Notes under the pieces: generated by a model
What the model was told of the DNA's origin: nothing
Database searches by the model: none
The model's input: the letters and a program-made list of their open reading frames with translations, nothing else
NCBI GenBank assembly: GCA_043803745.1
Contig: JAZDJS010000002.1
Span: 12,235-76,234, forward strand
Origin: an archaeon
GTDB lineage: Archaea > SpSt-1190 > DYHY01
Direction: 5' to 3'
Length of the DNA: 64,000 nt
Shown: in pieces, positions 34,510 through 43,374 of the stretch
How positions within the stretch are numbered: the first letter of the stretch is position 1
Layout: each line of letters begins with the position of its first letter
Program-made: the position numbers and the translations under genes

Positions 34510-35976
34510 TCAAAAGAAAGTTTCTTCAAAATCCGCCCACTTCCGGAAAGCCCGAGAAAGCAGAACTGCTGAGAGCGGAACCAGCATCAGCAGGAGGAGG
34601 AGGAGGAGGAGACTCCGGGAGCCAGGCCAGCTTACAAGGGAAAGGAAAACGAAAGCTCCGGAGGGGATTGCTATCAGCGCCGAATATTTCGCAAAAGCCC
34701 ATCCGCCGTAAAGGCGCAGGGAAGGCTCAAGCCCCGTCAGGAAAACCGTCACTGAAAGCGAATATGCTGAGAAGATCAGGCAGGAAAAAACGGCTTCAAG
34801 AATCCCAAAAAAGCCCTCACCGAGGGCAACGCCGGAAAAAACAATCAGGGCGACCGGAAGGACGTTCAGGATAGCATAGCCGGAAAGCTTTCCCCAAATC
34901 AGCTGGGATTTTCTAACCGGAAGGAAGGAATATGCTGCCTGAAAATCGAACTCAGTCAGCCAGTTGTACATTGAGGAGGAAACAATCCCAGTGAAGATGG
35001 CGAACGCAAGGAAGACCGGAAGCTCGGGGGCGATTGCCGAAAGCTTCGAAAGGAGATACCAGACCGCGCCAAGAGGGACGAGGAAAGCGAAAATCACCCG
35101 CCCCAGGCCGCCCCCGCTTCTGAGCAGGTCAAGGAAATCCTTCCCAACGAAAGCAAACCTTGCCGGAAGATTCTTCAGGAGCAAAAGGTGCTTCTTTCCC
35201 CCCTTCGGCTTCGAGACGCTCTCAGCATAGTCGTTCTCGAGCAGGACCAGCCCGCCTGCGGAAAGGATTGCTGCCGCAAGAAGAAAGCCGGCTGTATTGG
35301 CAAGTGAAAAATTCTCCGGGAAAAATGAAATCAGGCCAAGGAATTCACTCCAAAATGCCTTTGCGAAAAAAGCGCAGGAAACAACAGCTGCAAGGAAAAC
35401 CGCCTTGGATTTCACAAGAACCCCTGAAAGGAAGAACGAAAGCGACATCCCCGAAAGGAAAAGCAAGCTTCCCTCGAAAACAAGCGCTGCAAGCCCCGGG
35501 AGAGAAAAGCCCGCCCCGGCAACTACCGCAAAAATCCTGATTCCGAGCCCGAGCCCTAGGAGGGACGGGGCGAGCCAGAGGAGGATGTAGTAGAAAGAAT
35601 CCTTGAGGATGAACGCCAGGAAAATCAGCCTGTCGCTGACCGGGAGGATTCTCGAGGAATAGGAAACAAGGCTTGCCTGGCCGAACCGCCTGTTCAGGAT
35701 TTCCCGTCCGAAAATCCCGAACGCCCCTACCGAGAAGCCCAGGACAATGCAAAAGCCGGCGACTCCGAGGAAAAAGTCCCGCGCCGGGATTGCCAGGAGG
35801 AAGACTGAAAACAGAATTGAAAGAATCAGCGAGATTGAGAAAAGGGCCGCTGGAAAAAGGAGGAAGGGGACTTTGCCGAAAAGGAGCGTGTGGATTCTCC
35901 ATTCCTCGGCAACCTGCCACTTCAGTATTTCCCGGAACCGCCTGAACTCCCGGAACCCCCCAAGCCAGCCGGTCAT
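34510..35976 (-). CDS. Polytopic membrane protein, putative permease partner of the adjacent ABC ATPase
   Basis: 488 aa with about 12 hydrophobic helices. Its ATG overlaps the ATPase stop as ATGA (35973-35976). A poly-Leu run is encoded by a (CTC)n tract near 34590-34612. Confidence 0.6.
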   Translation of the reverse strand: MTGWLGGFREFRRFREILKWQVAEEWRIHTLLFGKVPFLLFPAALFSISLILSILFSVFLLAIPARDFFLGVAGFCIVLGFSVGAFGIFGREILNRRFGQASLVSYSSRILPVSDRLIFLAFILKDSFYYILLWLAPSLLGLGLGIRIFAVVAGAGFSLPGLAALVFEGSLLFLSGMSLSFFLSGVLVKSKAVFLAAVVSCAFFAKAFWSEFLGLISFFPENFSLANTAGFLLAAAILSAGGLVLLENDYAESVSKPKGGKKHLLLLKNLPARFAFVGKDFLDLLRSGGGLGRVIFAFLVPLGAVWYLLSKLSAIAPELPVFLAFAIFTGIVSSSMYNWLTEFDFQAAYSFLPVRKSQLIWGKLSGYAILNVLPVALIVFSGVALGEGFFGILEAVFSCLIFSAYSLSVTVFLTGLEPSLRLYGGWAFAKYSALIAIPSGAFVFLSLVSWPGSRSLLLLLLLLMLVPLSAVLLSRAFRKWADFEETFF

Positions 35977-36740
35977 TTTCTCCCTCGGGGATTCCCTCTT
36001 CGCAGCCGAGGGGAAGAGACCAGGCTGAAGAAAACCTGCTCAAGATTTTTCCCCCGCTTCCGAAGGTCGGATATTTTCCCCGTCTTAAGCAGTTTTCCTC
36101 CGGAAATTATCCCGTAATCCGTGCAGAGCTTCTCGGCAACCTCGAGGACGTGCGTGCAGAAGAAAACAGTCCCCCCCCTTTTTGCAAACCCGGTAAGGAA
36201 TTCCTTGACGCTCTTCTGGACTATCGGGTCGAGGTTTATCAGGGGCTCGTCAATGAAGGCAACCTTCGGCTCGTGTATGAACGCCTGGGCGAACATCAGC
36301 TTCTGCCGGGTCCCCCGGGAAAGGTCCTTGCAAAGCGTGTCCCGCTCGCTTTCAAGGGAGAAGAAGGAAAGCCACCGGGAGATTTTCTTTTCAGCCCCCT
36401 CAGCCCTCTCAACTCCCCGTATCTTGCAAACGAACTGGAGATATTCCTCGGAGGTGAGAAAGCTCGGAGGAGTTTCCTGCTCGGGCATTATCCCGACCGC
36501 CTCCCGGACCTTTATCGGTTCCTTCTCCGGATCAATCCCGAGCACAAGCGCTCGCCCTGAAGTCGGCTTGAGCTGGCCCGTCAGCAGCCTGACTGTCGTG
36601 GTTTTCCCGCTTCCATTCGGCCCGAGGAACCCGAAAATGCTTCCTGCCTCAACCGAGAGCGAAACAGAATCCACCGCGCGGGTTCTTCCCGGAAAAATCT
36701 TCGTTAGCCCTTCAGTCATTATTACGCGGCGACCGTCCAT
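35973..36740 (-). CDS. ABC transporter ATP-binding protein (ABC-2/CcmA-like)
   Basis: Walker A GPNGSGKTT, Q-loop, signature LSRGTRQKL, Walker B AFIDEP and an H-loop CTHVLE. Minus-strand GATTTAATC lies about 24-32 nt upstream of the ATG at 36740. Confidence 0.85.
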   Translation of the reverse strand: MDGRRVIMTEGLTKIFPGRTRAVDSVSLSVEAGSIFGFLGPNGSGKTTTVRLLTGQLKPTSGRALVLGIDPEKEPIKVREAVGIMPEQETPPSFLTSEEYLQFVCKIRGVERAEGAEKKISRWLSFFSLESERDTLCKDLSRGTRQKLMFAQAFIHEPKVAFIDEPLINLDPIVQKSVKEFLTGFAKRGGTVFFCTHVLEVAEKLCTDYGIISGGKLLKTGKISDLRKRGKNLEQVFFSLVSSPRLRRGNPRGRK

Positions 36741-36812
36741 TTCACCCGGCTTCGCATGCGCCCGATTAAATCATTTGCCGGTTTCTGTCCCGTCCGAATC
36801 TCATAAAAACTC

Positions 36813-36821
36813 TTTTAAATC
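36813..36821 (+). promoter_or_regulatory. TATA-like box (TTTTAAATC) for hppA
   Basis: The box starts 29 nt upstream of the ATG at 36842. Confidence 0.5.
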
Positions 36822-36841
36822 GACAGCCCCGCGAGCCGCCC

Positions 36842-38857
36842 ATGGTAGTTAAATATGCGATAGGAGCGAGCCTTTTCGGGCTTGCGTTTGCGGCATATCT
36901 TGTGAAGGACATTCTTTCGAAGGAGGAGGGCTCCAGCAAAATCAAGGAGATCGCCCGGGCAATCCAGACGGGCGCGATGGCTTTCCTGAAGCGGCAGTAC
37001 GTCACTATTTCATTCATGAGCGTCGTCCTTGCAATTGCAATCGGGTTCTTCATTTCCTGGAAAACCGCGATTTCATTTATGATAGGCGCGTTCTTCTCCG
37101 GACTCGCCGGCTATGTAAGCATGTGGGTCGCGGTCCGGGCGAACAGCAGGACAACCCGGGCTGCTGAAAAGTACGGGCTTAACGAGGCGCTCAAGGTTTC
37201 CTTCCGCGGAGGCGCGGTAATGGGACTCTCGGTTGTCGGGATGAGCCTGCTTTCGGTCTCGGTTCTCTACCTTGTATTCGGGAACCCGACGGAAATAATC
37301 GGACTCGGGTTCGGCGCAAGCTTTGTTGCCCTGTTCGCCCAGCTTGGCGGAGGGATTTACACCAAAGCTGCCGATGTCGGGGCGGACCTTGTCGGGAAGG
37401 TTGAGAAGAACATTCCCGAGGATGACCCGAGGAACCCCGCCGTTATCGCGGACCTTGTCGGGGACAATGTCGGGGACTGCGCCGGAAGGGGCGCGGATCT
37501 TTTCGAATCCTGCACGGCCGAGAACATCGGCGCAATGATTCTTGGAATCGCACTGATGCCGGTCTACGGGATAGGCGCGGTTCTTTTTCCCCTTGTTGCG
37601 CGGGCAGCGGGGATAATATCCTCGATAATAGGGATGTTCTTCGTCAGCGTCAAGTCGGACAACGACGACCCGCTCAGGGGAATGGACAAGGGGCTTTACG
37701 TCTCGTCAATCCTTTCAGCCGTTGCCTTTTACTTCCTCGTGCAGATTTTCCTCAAGGGCAACATGAACCTCTTTTATGCATCCCTTGTCGGAATGGCAAC
37801 GACAATCGTAATCCGCTACATAACAGAATACTACACAGCGAAGAAATACAAGCCGGTCCAGGACATTGCAAAGGCATCCCAGACCGGAGCCGCAACGAAC
37901 TTCATCAAGGGGTTTGCAGTGGGGCTTGAATCAACCGCAATGCCGGTAATCGTGATGTGCGTTGCAATATTGGGGGCCTATTCGCTTGGCAGCGCCGGAG
38001 GAGCCGGATTTGCGGGCGGAATCTATGGCACGGCAGTTGCGACAATCGGAATGCTTTCAACGGCGGTCTTCATCCTTGCGATGGACGGCTACGGACCGAT
38101 TTCCGACAACGCCGGAGGAATCGGGGAAATGGCGGGAATAGACAAGAGAGTCAGGGACAAGATACTCGACCCGCTCGATTCCCTCGGGAACACGACCAAG
38201 TCCCTTACGAAGGGGTATGCAATGGGCTCGGCGGCGCTCTCTGCGTTCCTTCTTTTCGCGGCATATCTCGAGATAACCAAGCTCACCGTCGTCGACATCG
38301 CGATTCCGAGCGTTTTCGTCGGGGCGTTCATCGGAGTAGCCCTCCCATACCTTTTCAGCTCTTTTGCGATAAGCGCGGTCGGGAACGCTGCCTTCGAAAT
38401 GGTCAACGAGGTCAGGAGGCAGTTCAAGGAAATAAAGGGCCTGATGGCCGGGAAGGCAAAGCCGGACTATGCGAGATGCGTCGACATAAGCACAAAAGCC
38501 GCACTTCGGGAAATGGTTGTTCCGGGGATCCTTGTTGTTGGCGCGCCAATAGTTGTCGGTCTTCTCCTTGGTCCTGCAGCGGTTGCGGGGCTTCTGGTCG
38601 GCTCGACAATGAGCGGAATAGTTCTTGCGCTCCTGATGAACACCGGAGGCGCCGCATGGGACAACGCGAAGAAATACATCGAGGGCGGAGCATATGGCGG
38701 AAAGGGATCGGTAACGCACGCAGCAGCAGTCGCGGGCGACACTGTCGGCGACCCGTTCAAGGATACCGCGGGACCCTCGCTCCACGTGCTCGTGAAACTG
38801 CTGAACACGATTTCGCTTGTGTTCGCGCCGATTTTCATCGGCTTGCTGATGCACTGA
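36842..38857 (+). CDS. hppA: Membrane-bound H+-translocating inorganic pyrophosphatase (probably K+-independent subtype)
   Basis: Signature blocks are GGGIYTKAADVGADLVGKVE, DPRNPAVIADLVGDNVGDCAGRGADLFES, GNTTKSLTKGYAMGSAAL and GDTVGDPFKDTAGPSLHVL. The protein is 671 aa with about 16 TM helices. Confidence 0.95.
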   Translation: MVVKYAIGASLFGLAFAAYLVKDILSKEEGSSKIKEIARAIQTGAMAFLKRQYVTISFMSVVLAIAIGFFISWKTAISFMIGAFFSGLAGYVSMWVAVRANSRTTRAAEKYGLNEALKVSFRGGAVMGLSVVGMSLLSVSVLYLVFGNPTEIIGLGFGASFVALFAQLGGGIYTKAADVGADLVGKVEKNIPEDDPRNPAVIADLVGDNVGDCAGRGADLFESCTAENIGAMILGIALMPVYGIGAVLFPLVARAAGIISSIIGMFFVSVKSDNDDPLRGMDKGLYVSSILSAVAFYFLVQIFLKGNMNLFYASLVGMATTIVIRYITEYYTAKKYKPVQDIAKASQTGAATNFIKGFAVGLESTAMPVIVMCVAILGAYSLGSAGGAGFAGGIYGTAVATIGMLSTAVFILAMDGYGPISDNAGGIGEMAGIDKRVRDKILDPLDSLGNTTKSLTKGYAMGSAALSAFLLFAAYLEITKLTVVDIAIPSVFVGAFIGVALPYLFSSFAISAVGNAAFEMVNEVRRQFKEIKGLMAGKAKPDYARCVDISTKAALREMVVPGILVVGAPIVVGLLLGPAAVAGLLVGSTMSGIVLALLMNTGGAAWDNAKKYIEGGAYGGKGSVTHAAAVAGDTVGDPFKDTAGPSLHVLVKLLNTISLVFAPIFIGLLMH

Positions 38858-38898
38858 CTGAGGAAGGCAGGCGGGGCTCGCCAAACCCCCTTTGTTTT

Positions 38899-39378
38899 TT
38901 AATATTCCACTTTGTCCTTTTTCAGGAACCATTCCCGCATTATCGGAAGGGCGCGTTCTCTCAAAAGCATCTTTTTCGGAACTCCGGTTTTTATTCCCCT
39001 CAGAACATCGTAGAAAAATTCGTCGTCAAAGCCTATCTTGGCAGCGTCCCTTCGGGTTGCCCCGTAATAGACCTTGTCAATCCGCGCCCAGTTTATTGCA
39101 GCGAGGCACATTGGGCAGGGCTCGCAGGTCGAGTAAAGCGTGCATCCGGCAAGGCTGAACGTGCCGAGCTTCCTGCACGCGCGCCTTATCGCAACAATTT
39201 CTGCATGGGCGGTCGGGTCGTTCGAGAAGGGAACCATATTCACCCCGGTTGAAACCAGTTTCCCGCCTTTTTTCGCAATCGCCGCGCCAAACGGGCCCCC
39301 CTTTTTCCTCCGCACTCCCCTTTCCGCTTCCTTCAGTGCGCGAGTCATGAGCGTCTGGTTTAGTTCAGCTGCCTGCAT
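38899..39378 (-). CDS. guaD: Guanine deaminase (CDA-fold, GuaD type)
   Basis: GGPFGAAI, NDPTAHAEIVAIRRA, CEPCPMCLAAINWARI and GFDDEFFY closely parallel Bacillus subtilis GuaD as I recall it. Confidence 0.75.
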   Translation of the reverse strand: MQAAELNQTLMTRALKEAERGVRRKKGGPFGAAIAKKGGKLVSTGVNMVPFSNDPTAHAEIVAIRRACRKLGTFSLAGCTLYSTCEPCPMCLAAINWARIDKVYYGATRRDAAKIGFDDEFFYDVLRGIKTGVPKKMLLRERALPIMREWFLKKDKVEY

Positions 39379-39383
39379 GGCAA

Positions 39384-39425
39384 GAAAGGAAACGAAAGCG
39401 TTTTAATTTGTTTTGGTTTCCTTTC
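39384..39425. promoter_or_regulatory. Perfect 10-bp inverted repeat (GAAAGGAAAC ... GTTTCCTTTC) bracketing a single shared TATA-like box (TTTTAATTT, 39401-39409)
   Basis: Arms at 39384-39393 and 39416-39425 with a 22-nt spacer that contains the only AT-rich box. That box lies between the divergent ATGs at 39378 (guaD) and 39430 (nitroreductase). Confidence 0.5.
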
Positions 39426-39429
39426 CGGA

Positions 39430-39927
39430 ATGGATGCGCTTGAGGCGATATTCTCCCGGAGGAGCATCAGGGAATATTCGGGGAAGGAAATACGGGAGTC
39501 CGAGATTGAAACGCTCCTGAGGGCCGGGATGTCCGCCCCTTCAGCGCACAATGAGCAGCCCTGGCAGTTCGTTCTTGTCCGTGAGAGAGACCGGCTCGAA
39601 GCCCTTTCGAAAACCGGAAAATACTCCGGAATGGTTGCCCGCGCATCAGCCGCAATTGTCGTTTGCGGGGAGGGCGCGTCACTCCACCTTGTCGAGGACC
39701 TTTCCTGCGCTGCCGAGAACATCCTCCTCGCATCCCACGCTCTGGGGCTCGGTTCGGTCTGGGTTGCCCTCTATCCTTCGGAGGACCGGATTGCCCGCGC
39801 AAGGGCAGCGCTCAAGCTTCCGAAAGGAATCCTGCCCCTTTGCATAATCCCGGTTGGCTATCCCGCTGAGAAGCCCGCTCCGGAAGAGCGGTTCAGGAAG
39901 GAACGGATACACAATGAGACCTGGTGA
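39430..39927 (+). CDS. Nitroreductase-family FMN oxidoreductase
   Basis: IFSRRSIREYSGKEI...LLRAGMSAPSAHNEQPWQFVLV...AAENILLASHALGLGSVWV; 165 aa. Confidence 0.85.
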   Translation: MDALEAIFSRRSIREYSGKEIRESEIETLLRAGMSAPSAHNEQPWQFVLVRERDRLEALSKTGKYSGMVARASAAIVVCGEGASLHLVEDLSCAAENILLASHALGLGSVWVALYPSEDRIARARAALKLPKGILPLCIIPVGYPAEKPAPEERFRKERIHNETW

Positions 39928-40285
39928 GCCCCCCGAGAAACTCTGGTTCGCTTCAGCAGCAATCCTCCTGCTTTCAATCCTGATTTTCCGCCAGCTCCCT
40001 TTGGAACTTTTCCTAATCCATTGTTCCGCCAGCGCAATCTTCCTTTCCGCCTGCCGGTTCTTCCAGCTGGCTCGCGCGCCGATTGTCTTTTCTTCTATTG
40101 TCCTTGCAGGGAATCTTTTCTCATTTCTCGCTCTTTCTCTGGCGAGCTTCCAGTCCTATCCGCGCGTTCTCACCTTTCTCCTGTTCGGGGCATATTCGTT
40201 TTTCCTTTCCTTCCCCTCCGGGATTTTAATCGGGCTGCTTGCCGAATTTTTTCACCGGTTTTCTGGAAGGCCGGGAAGTTTTTAA
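39914..40285 (+). CDS. Hypothetical small membrane protein (about 4 TM)
   Basis: ATG at 39914 (MRPGEPPEKLWFASAAILLLSILIF...) overlaps the nitroreductase stop by 14 nt. The track start at 39854 lies inside the upstream gene. Confidence 0.4.
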   Translation: MRPGEPPEKLWFASAAILLLSILIFRQLPLELFLIHCSASAIFLSACRFFQLARAPIVFSSIVLAGNLFSFLALSLASFQSYPRVLTFLLFGAYSFFLSFPSGILIGLLAEFFHRFSGRPGSF

Positions 40286-40287
40286 AC
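40279..40287 (+). promoter_or_regulatory. TATA-like box (TTTTTAAAC)
   Basis: The box starts 34 nt upstream of the ATG at 40313. Confidence 0.45.
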
Positions 40288-40312
40288 TGCCGATGAACCT
40301 TTCCGGGCAAGA

Positions 40313-40783
40313 ATGGCCGGCAGACTCGTCCCGAAGGCCCCCGAGGCAATTGCCGCAGGGGTTGTTGTTGACTCGCGCGGAAGGGTCCTTCTTCAGGAAG
40401 AGCTGATGAACAACGGGAAAATGAAATGGGTCTTTCCGGGCGGCCACATTGAATTCGGCGAAAGAATTTCCGCCGCAGTAAAGCGCGAAATCCTTGAGGA
40501 AACCGGGCTGCGCGTGAGAATCGGGAAGTTTCTCGGGCATTTTGAAGCCGTCTTCCCGCAGTTCGGCTATCACACAATCGTCTTCTTCCACCGGGCAAAG
40601 CCGGTTTCTCCCGGGGAAAAACTTGTCTCGGAAGGGGGAAAACCGCTCAGGTTCTTTCCGATAAAGGCCGCCCTGAAGAAACTGGAACTTGTAGAAAGCT
40701 CAAGGTGGCTTCTTGAGGGCGCATCACTCAAGCCGCTTTCCGGAAAGGACGGTCGCAATCGCGAAAATCGCAAGAGAATATAG
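40313..40783 (+). CDS. Nudix hydrolase
   Basis: Nudix box GGHIEFGERISAAVKREILEETGL (G-x5-E-x7-REUxEExGU). Confidence 0.85.
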   Translation: MAGRLVPKAPEAIAAGVVVDSRGRVLLQEELMNNGKMKWVFPGGHIEFGERISAAVKREILEETGLRVRIGKFLGHFEAVFPQFGYHTIVFFHRAKPVSPGEKLVSEGGKPLRFFPIKAALKKLELVESSRWLLEGASLKPLSGKDGRNRENRKRI

Positions 40784-42646
40784 CGCAATGCCGGAGAACG
40801 CAAGGACGTTCGCGCCTTCATAAACCCCGAAAACCCTCAGGGCTTCCGAAGAAACCGCAAGCGGCAGCGCTCCGGAAACGCTCTTGAGGCTTGCCGGAAG
40901 GAATTCGAAGGAGAAAAGCCCCCCCGAAAGGAAGAGGGATGGGATTGAGAAGCCCACCACCGCGAGCAGCGCGCTTGATTCGTCCCGCACAAGGAAGCCT
41001 ACCAGGATTCCTCCAAGGGAAAACATAAGCGACACAAGGACTATCCCGAGGAAAAATCCGGGCGGATTCGAGATTCTCAGGGAGAAGAACAGGCGGCCCA
41101 TCAGGGTCATCAGGAGAGTTTGCCCAAGCCCGAGCAAAGTCAGGATTGCCGCCTTTGAAAGTATGAAGAAAAGCGTCCCCTTGCCGGCAAGGCTTGTCCT
41201 CAGGAGCGTCCCGGACTTTCTCTCGAACAAAACCGTCCCCGAGCCGAGCAAAAGAAGGTTGAACATCAGGACGATTGCCGCGATTGACGGGAAAATGTAG
41301 GAGAACCCCTTCGACGAGAACGCTTCCGTCTCCTCAACTGCAAGCGGGCTTACGACGGTTTCCGGATCCCGCGAGTAAATTGTCTCGAGGGCTTTCCGGG
41401 CGTCTTCAAGCCTCGGTATTGCCTTGTTTATCTCCGAGGTTATGTTCGCGAAAATCCCCGCTGAATATTCCAGATCCCTTAGCGAATAGTTCCGGATTTC
41501 CGAGAATTCCGAAAGGGTCTCCGAAACCTCGGCAAGCGCGATTTCAGCCCCGCCAAGCTTTGAGAGCGCAATCCCGAGTCCCGCGGTAAGGTTCTCCGCG
41601 CCAGCCGAAACGTTCTCAAGCTCGGATTGCATTAGCGTGAGATTCTGGGAAATCTTCGAAATCCTCTCGCGCATCGTCTTCTCCCGCCAAACTCTTTCCT
41701 CAAGGGGTTCGAGAACCTGTCCTGCGAACGAGATGTTCGGGCAGAGGCCGGGAAGGCAAGCGGAATAGTTGACAAGCCCCTCAACCGCCCTTGCAGAATC
41801 GAGTATCCCCTCAGTCATGCTAATGTCCTCGGCAAGGAGGGCATCCGCCTCGGTGAGGAGAAGCAGGGATTCGTTAAGGGTCCCGTTCGCGCTTTCAAGG
41901 CGCGCCTTCAAAACGTCCAGCGTGCCGTTCGCGGAAATGAGCTGGGCTTTCTGCTCGGAAAGGAACCCTGAGGTTTCGGAAATCCGTTTCTCGAGGGAAA
42001 GAATTGACAGGTTCTCGAGCTCAAGCTTCGCCGAGTCCATTTTCGCCGAAACCTCGGAAAGCCTTCCGCGCGCCTGCTCAAGCTGAACGCCGGAGATCTC
42101 AAGCTCAACACCCATCCTGGAAAGGCCTTCCCACGCCCTTCCAATGAAGGACTCGGACACATTCCCGGAAATTTCCTGGGTTATCCCGGAAGCATATGTA
42201 AGTATCAGGGAGGAGACATCCTCCCTCGAGTTGTCGTAGTAGACCTGGACTTTCCTGCCGATTCCCGAAGAGATGTCCTCGCTCGCCCCTTTGGGGACCA
42301 GGATTATTGCCGAAAGATTGCCCGAGGAAATCCGGGTAAGGCCGCTCCCAAGGCAGCCGGAATCCCCCGAGATTTCCGCGCGGAAGGGCCCGCTTGAAAG
42401 GGCGGAGAAATAAGCTTCCCCAATCGCATCCCCGGAGGAACAGACAAGCACGCTTATTCCGGAAGCGGTTTTCTCGTTGAAAACGTTTCCAAGTATCGCG
42501 ACAGTGAGAACCGGGACAAGGAGGAGGAGAATCAGCGAGTTCCGCGAGCGGAGGAAATAGAGCAGGTCTTTCCAAAGCGTCCGCAAGGCCAGGCCCTTAC
42601 CGTCCGAGCGCAATTTTCTCGAAAACCTCCTCAAGCGTTTTTGCAT
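40724..42646 (-). CDS. ABC-2-type permease with a large extracytoplasmic coiled-coil insert (YhgE/Pip-like architecture)
   Basis: One N-terminal TM helix, then about 350 aa of heptad-like L/E/S-rich sequence, then 5 C-terminal TM helices. It overlaps the upstream ATPase gene by 50 nt. Confidence 0.65.
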   Translation of the reverse strand: MQKRLRRFSRKLRSDGKGLALRTLWKDLLYFLRSRNSLILLLLVPVLTVAILGNVFNEKTASGISVLVCSSGDAIGEAYFSALSSGPFRAEISGDSGCLGSGLTRISSGNLSAIILVPKGASEDISSGIGRKVQVYYDNSREDVSSLILTYASGITQEISGNVSESFIGRAWEGLSRMGVELEISGVQLEQARGRLSEVSAKMDSAKLELENLSILSLEKRISETSGFLSEQKAQLISANGTLDVLKARLESANGTLNESLLLLTEADALLAEDISMTEGILDSARAVEGLVNYSACLPGLCPNISFAGQVLEPLEERVWREKTMRERISKISQNLTLMQSELENVSAGAENLTAGLGIALSKLGGAEIALAEVSETLSEFSEIRNYSLRDLEYSAGIFANITSEINKAIPRLEDARKALETIYSRDPETVVSPLAVEETEAFSSKGFSYIFPSIAAIVLMFNLLLLGSGTVLFERKSGTLLRTSLAGKGTLFFILSKAAILTLLGLGQTLLMTLMGRLFFSLRISNPPGFFLGIVLVSLMFSLGGILVGFLVRDESSALLAVVGFSIPSLFLSGGLFSFEFLPASLKSVSGALPLAVSSEALRVFGVYEGANVLAFSGIALYSLAIFAIATVLSGKRLE

Positions 42647-43274
42647 TGTGCTTGCGCTTCAGCTTTTCCGGGGAAATGAATTCGACGGACCTTCCGGAAA
42701 AGAGCGCAAGAACCTTGTCGAAATCCTCTATTTCCGCAAGATTGTGGGTGACAACCAGGATTGTTTTCCCCTCATCCTTCTTGAGCTTCCTGAGGAGATC
42801 CAGAAGCTCCCGCTTGCTGAGCGGGTCAAGCCCGACGGTTGGCTCGTCAAGGAGGAGGATTTCGGCGCCGCCGGCAAGCCCGGCAAGTATTGAAAGCTTT
42901 TTCCGCTGGCCTCCGGAAAGTTCTCCCGCCGGCTTCTCCGGGTCAAGCCCGAAAAGTTTTTCCGGAATCTTTTCCCCGTGCAGAGCCGAGAAATACTCGA
43001 GGTTTTCCCGAACTGTCAGGTATGGATAGAAGGAATCTGCCTGGGGAACATAGCCGATTTTCCCGGTTCGTTCGACTTTTCCGGAGTCCGCCTTCAATAT
43101 GCCCAGCAGTATTTTCACAAGGGTAGATTTCCCCCCTCCGGAAGGTCCGAGTATCCCGATGAGCTCCCCTCTGCCCGCGGAAAAGGAGACTCCGGAAAGT
43201 ATTTTCCTCTCTCTGAAGGATTTGGAAATCCCCGTTGCGGAGAGGACCGTTCCAGCATCCCTTTTCCCTGCCAT
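42597..43274 (-). CDS. ABC transporter ATP-binding protein
   Basis: Walker A GPSGGGKST, signature LSGGQRKKL, Walker B LLLDEPTVGLD and H-loop VTHNL. Confidence 0.9.
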   Translation of the reverse strand: MAGKRDAGTVLSATGISKSFRERKILSGVSFSAGRGELIGILGPSGGGKSTLVKILLGILKADSGKVERTGKIGYVPQADSFYPYLTVRENLEYFSALHGEKIPEKLFGLDPEKPAGELSGGQRKKLSILAGLAGGAEILLLDEPTVGLDPLSKRELLDLLRKLKKDEGKTILVVTHNLAEIEDFDKVLALFSGRSVEFISPEKLKRKHNAKTLEEVFEKIALGR

Positions 43275-43305
43275 TGCCCGGATTGGCCGCAGTCCCGCCT
43301 TAAAA

Positions 43306-43327
43306 AGTTAAACCTGCGGGTTTAACT
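43306..43327. promoter_or_regulatory. Perfect palindrome AGTTAAACC-TGCG-GGTTTAACT in the divergent ABC / acyltransferase intergenic region
   Basis: 9-bp arms with a 4-nt centre. It sits between the two putative TATA-like boxes (CTTAAAAAG at 43299-43307 and AAAGCATATTT at 43340-43350). Confidence 0.45.
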
Positions 43328-43374
43328 CTCAATCTACCTAAAGCATATTTGGGCTCTTCTCCGAGGAAGGCTGA

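Noticed and set aside
37957-39252. 431-aa plus-strand ORF spanning the hppA 3' end and the guaD region
   Set aside because: It is an alternative frame of hppA followed by the antisense of guaD. Its composition is extremely R/G/C-rich with no motifs, whereas both overlapped genes have unambiguous family signatures.
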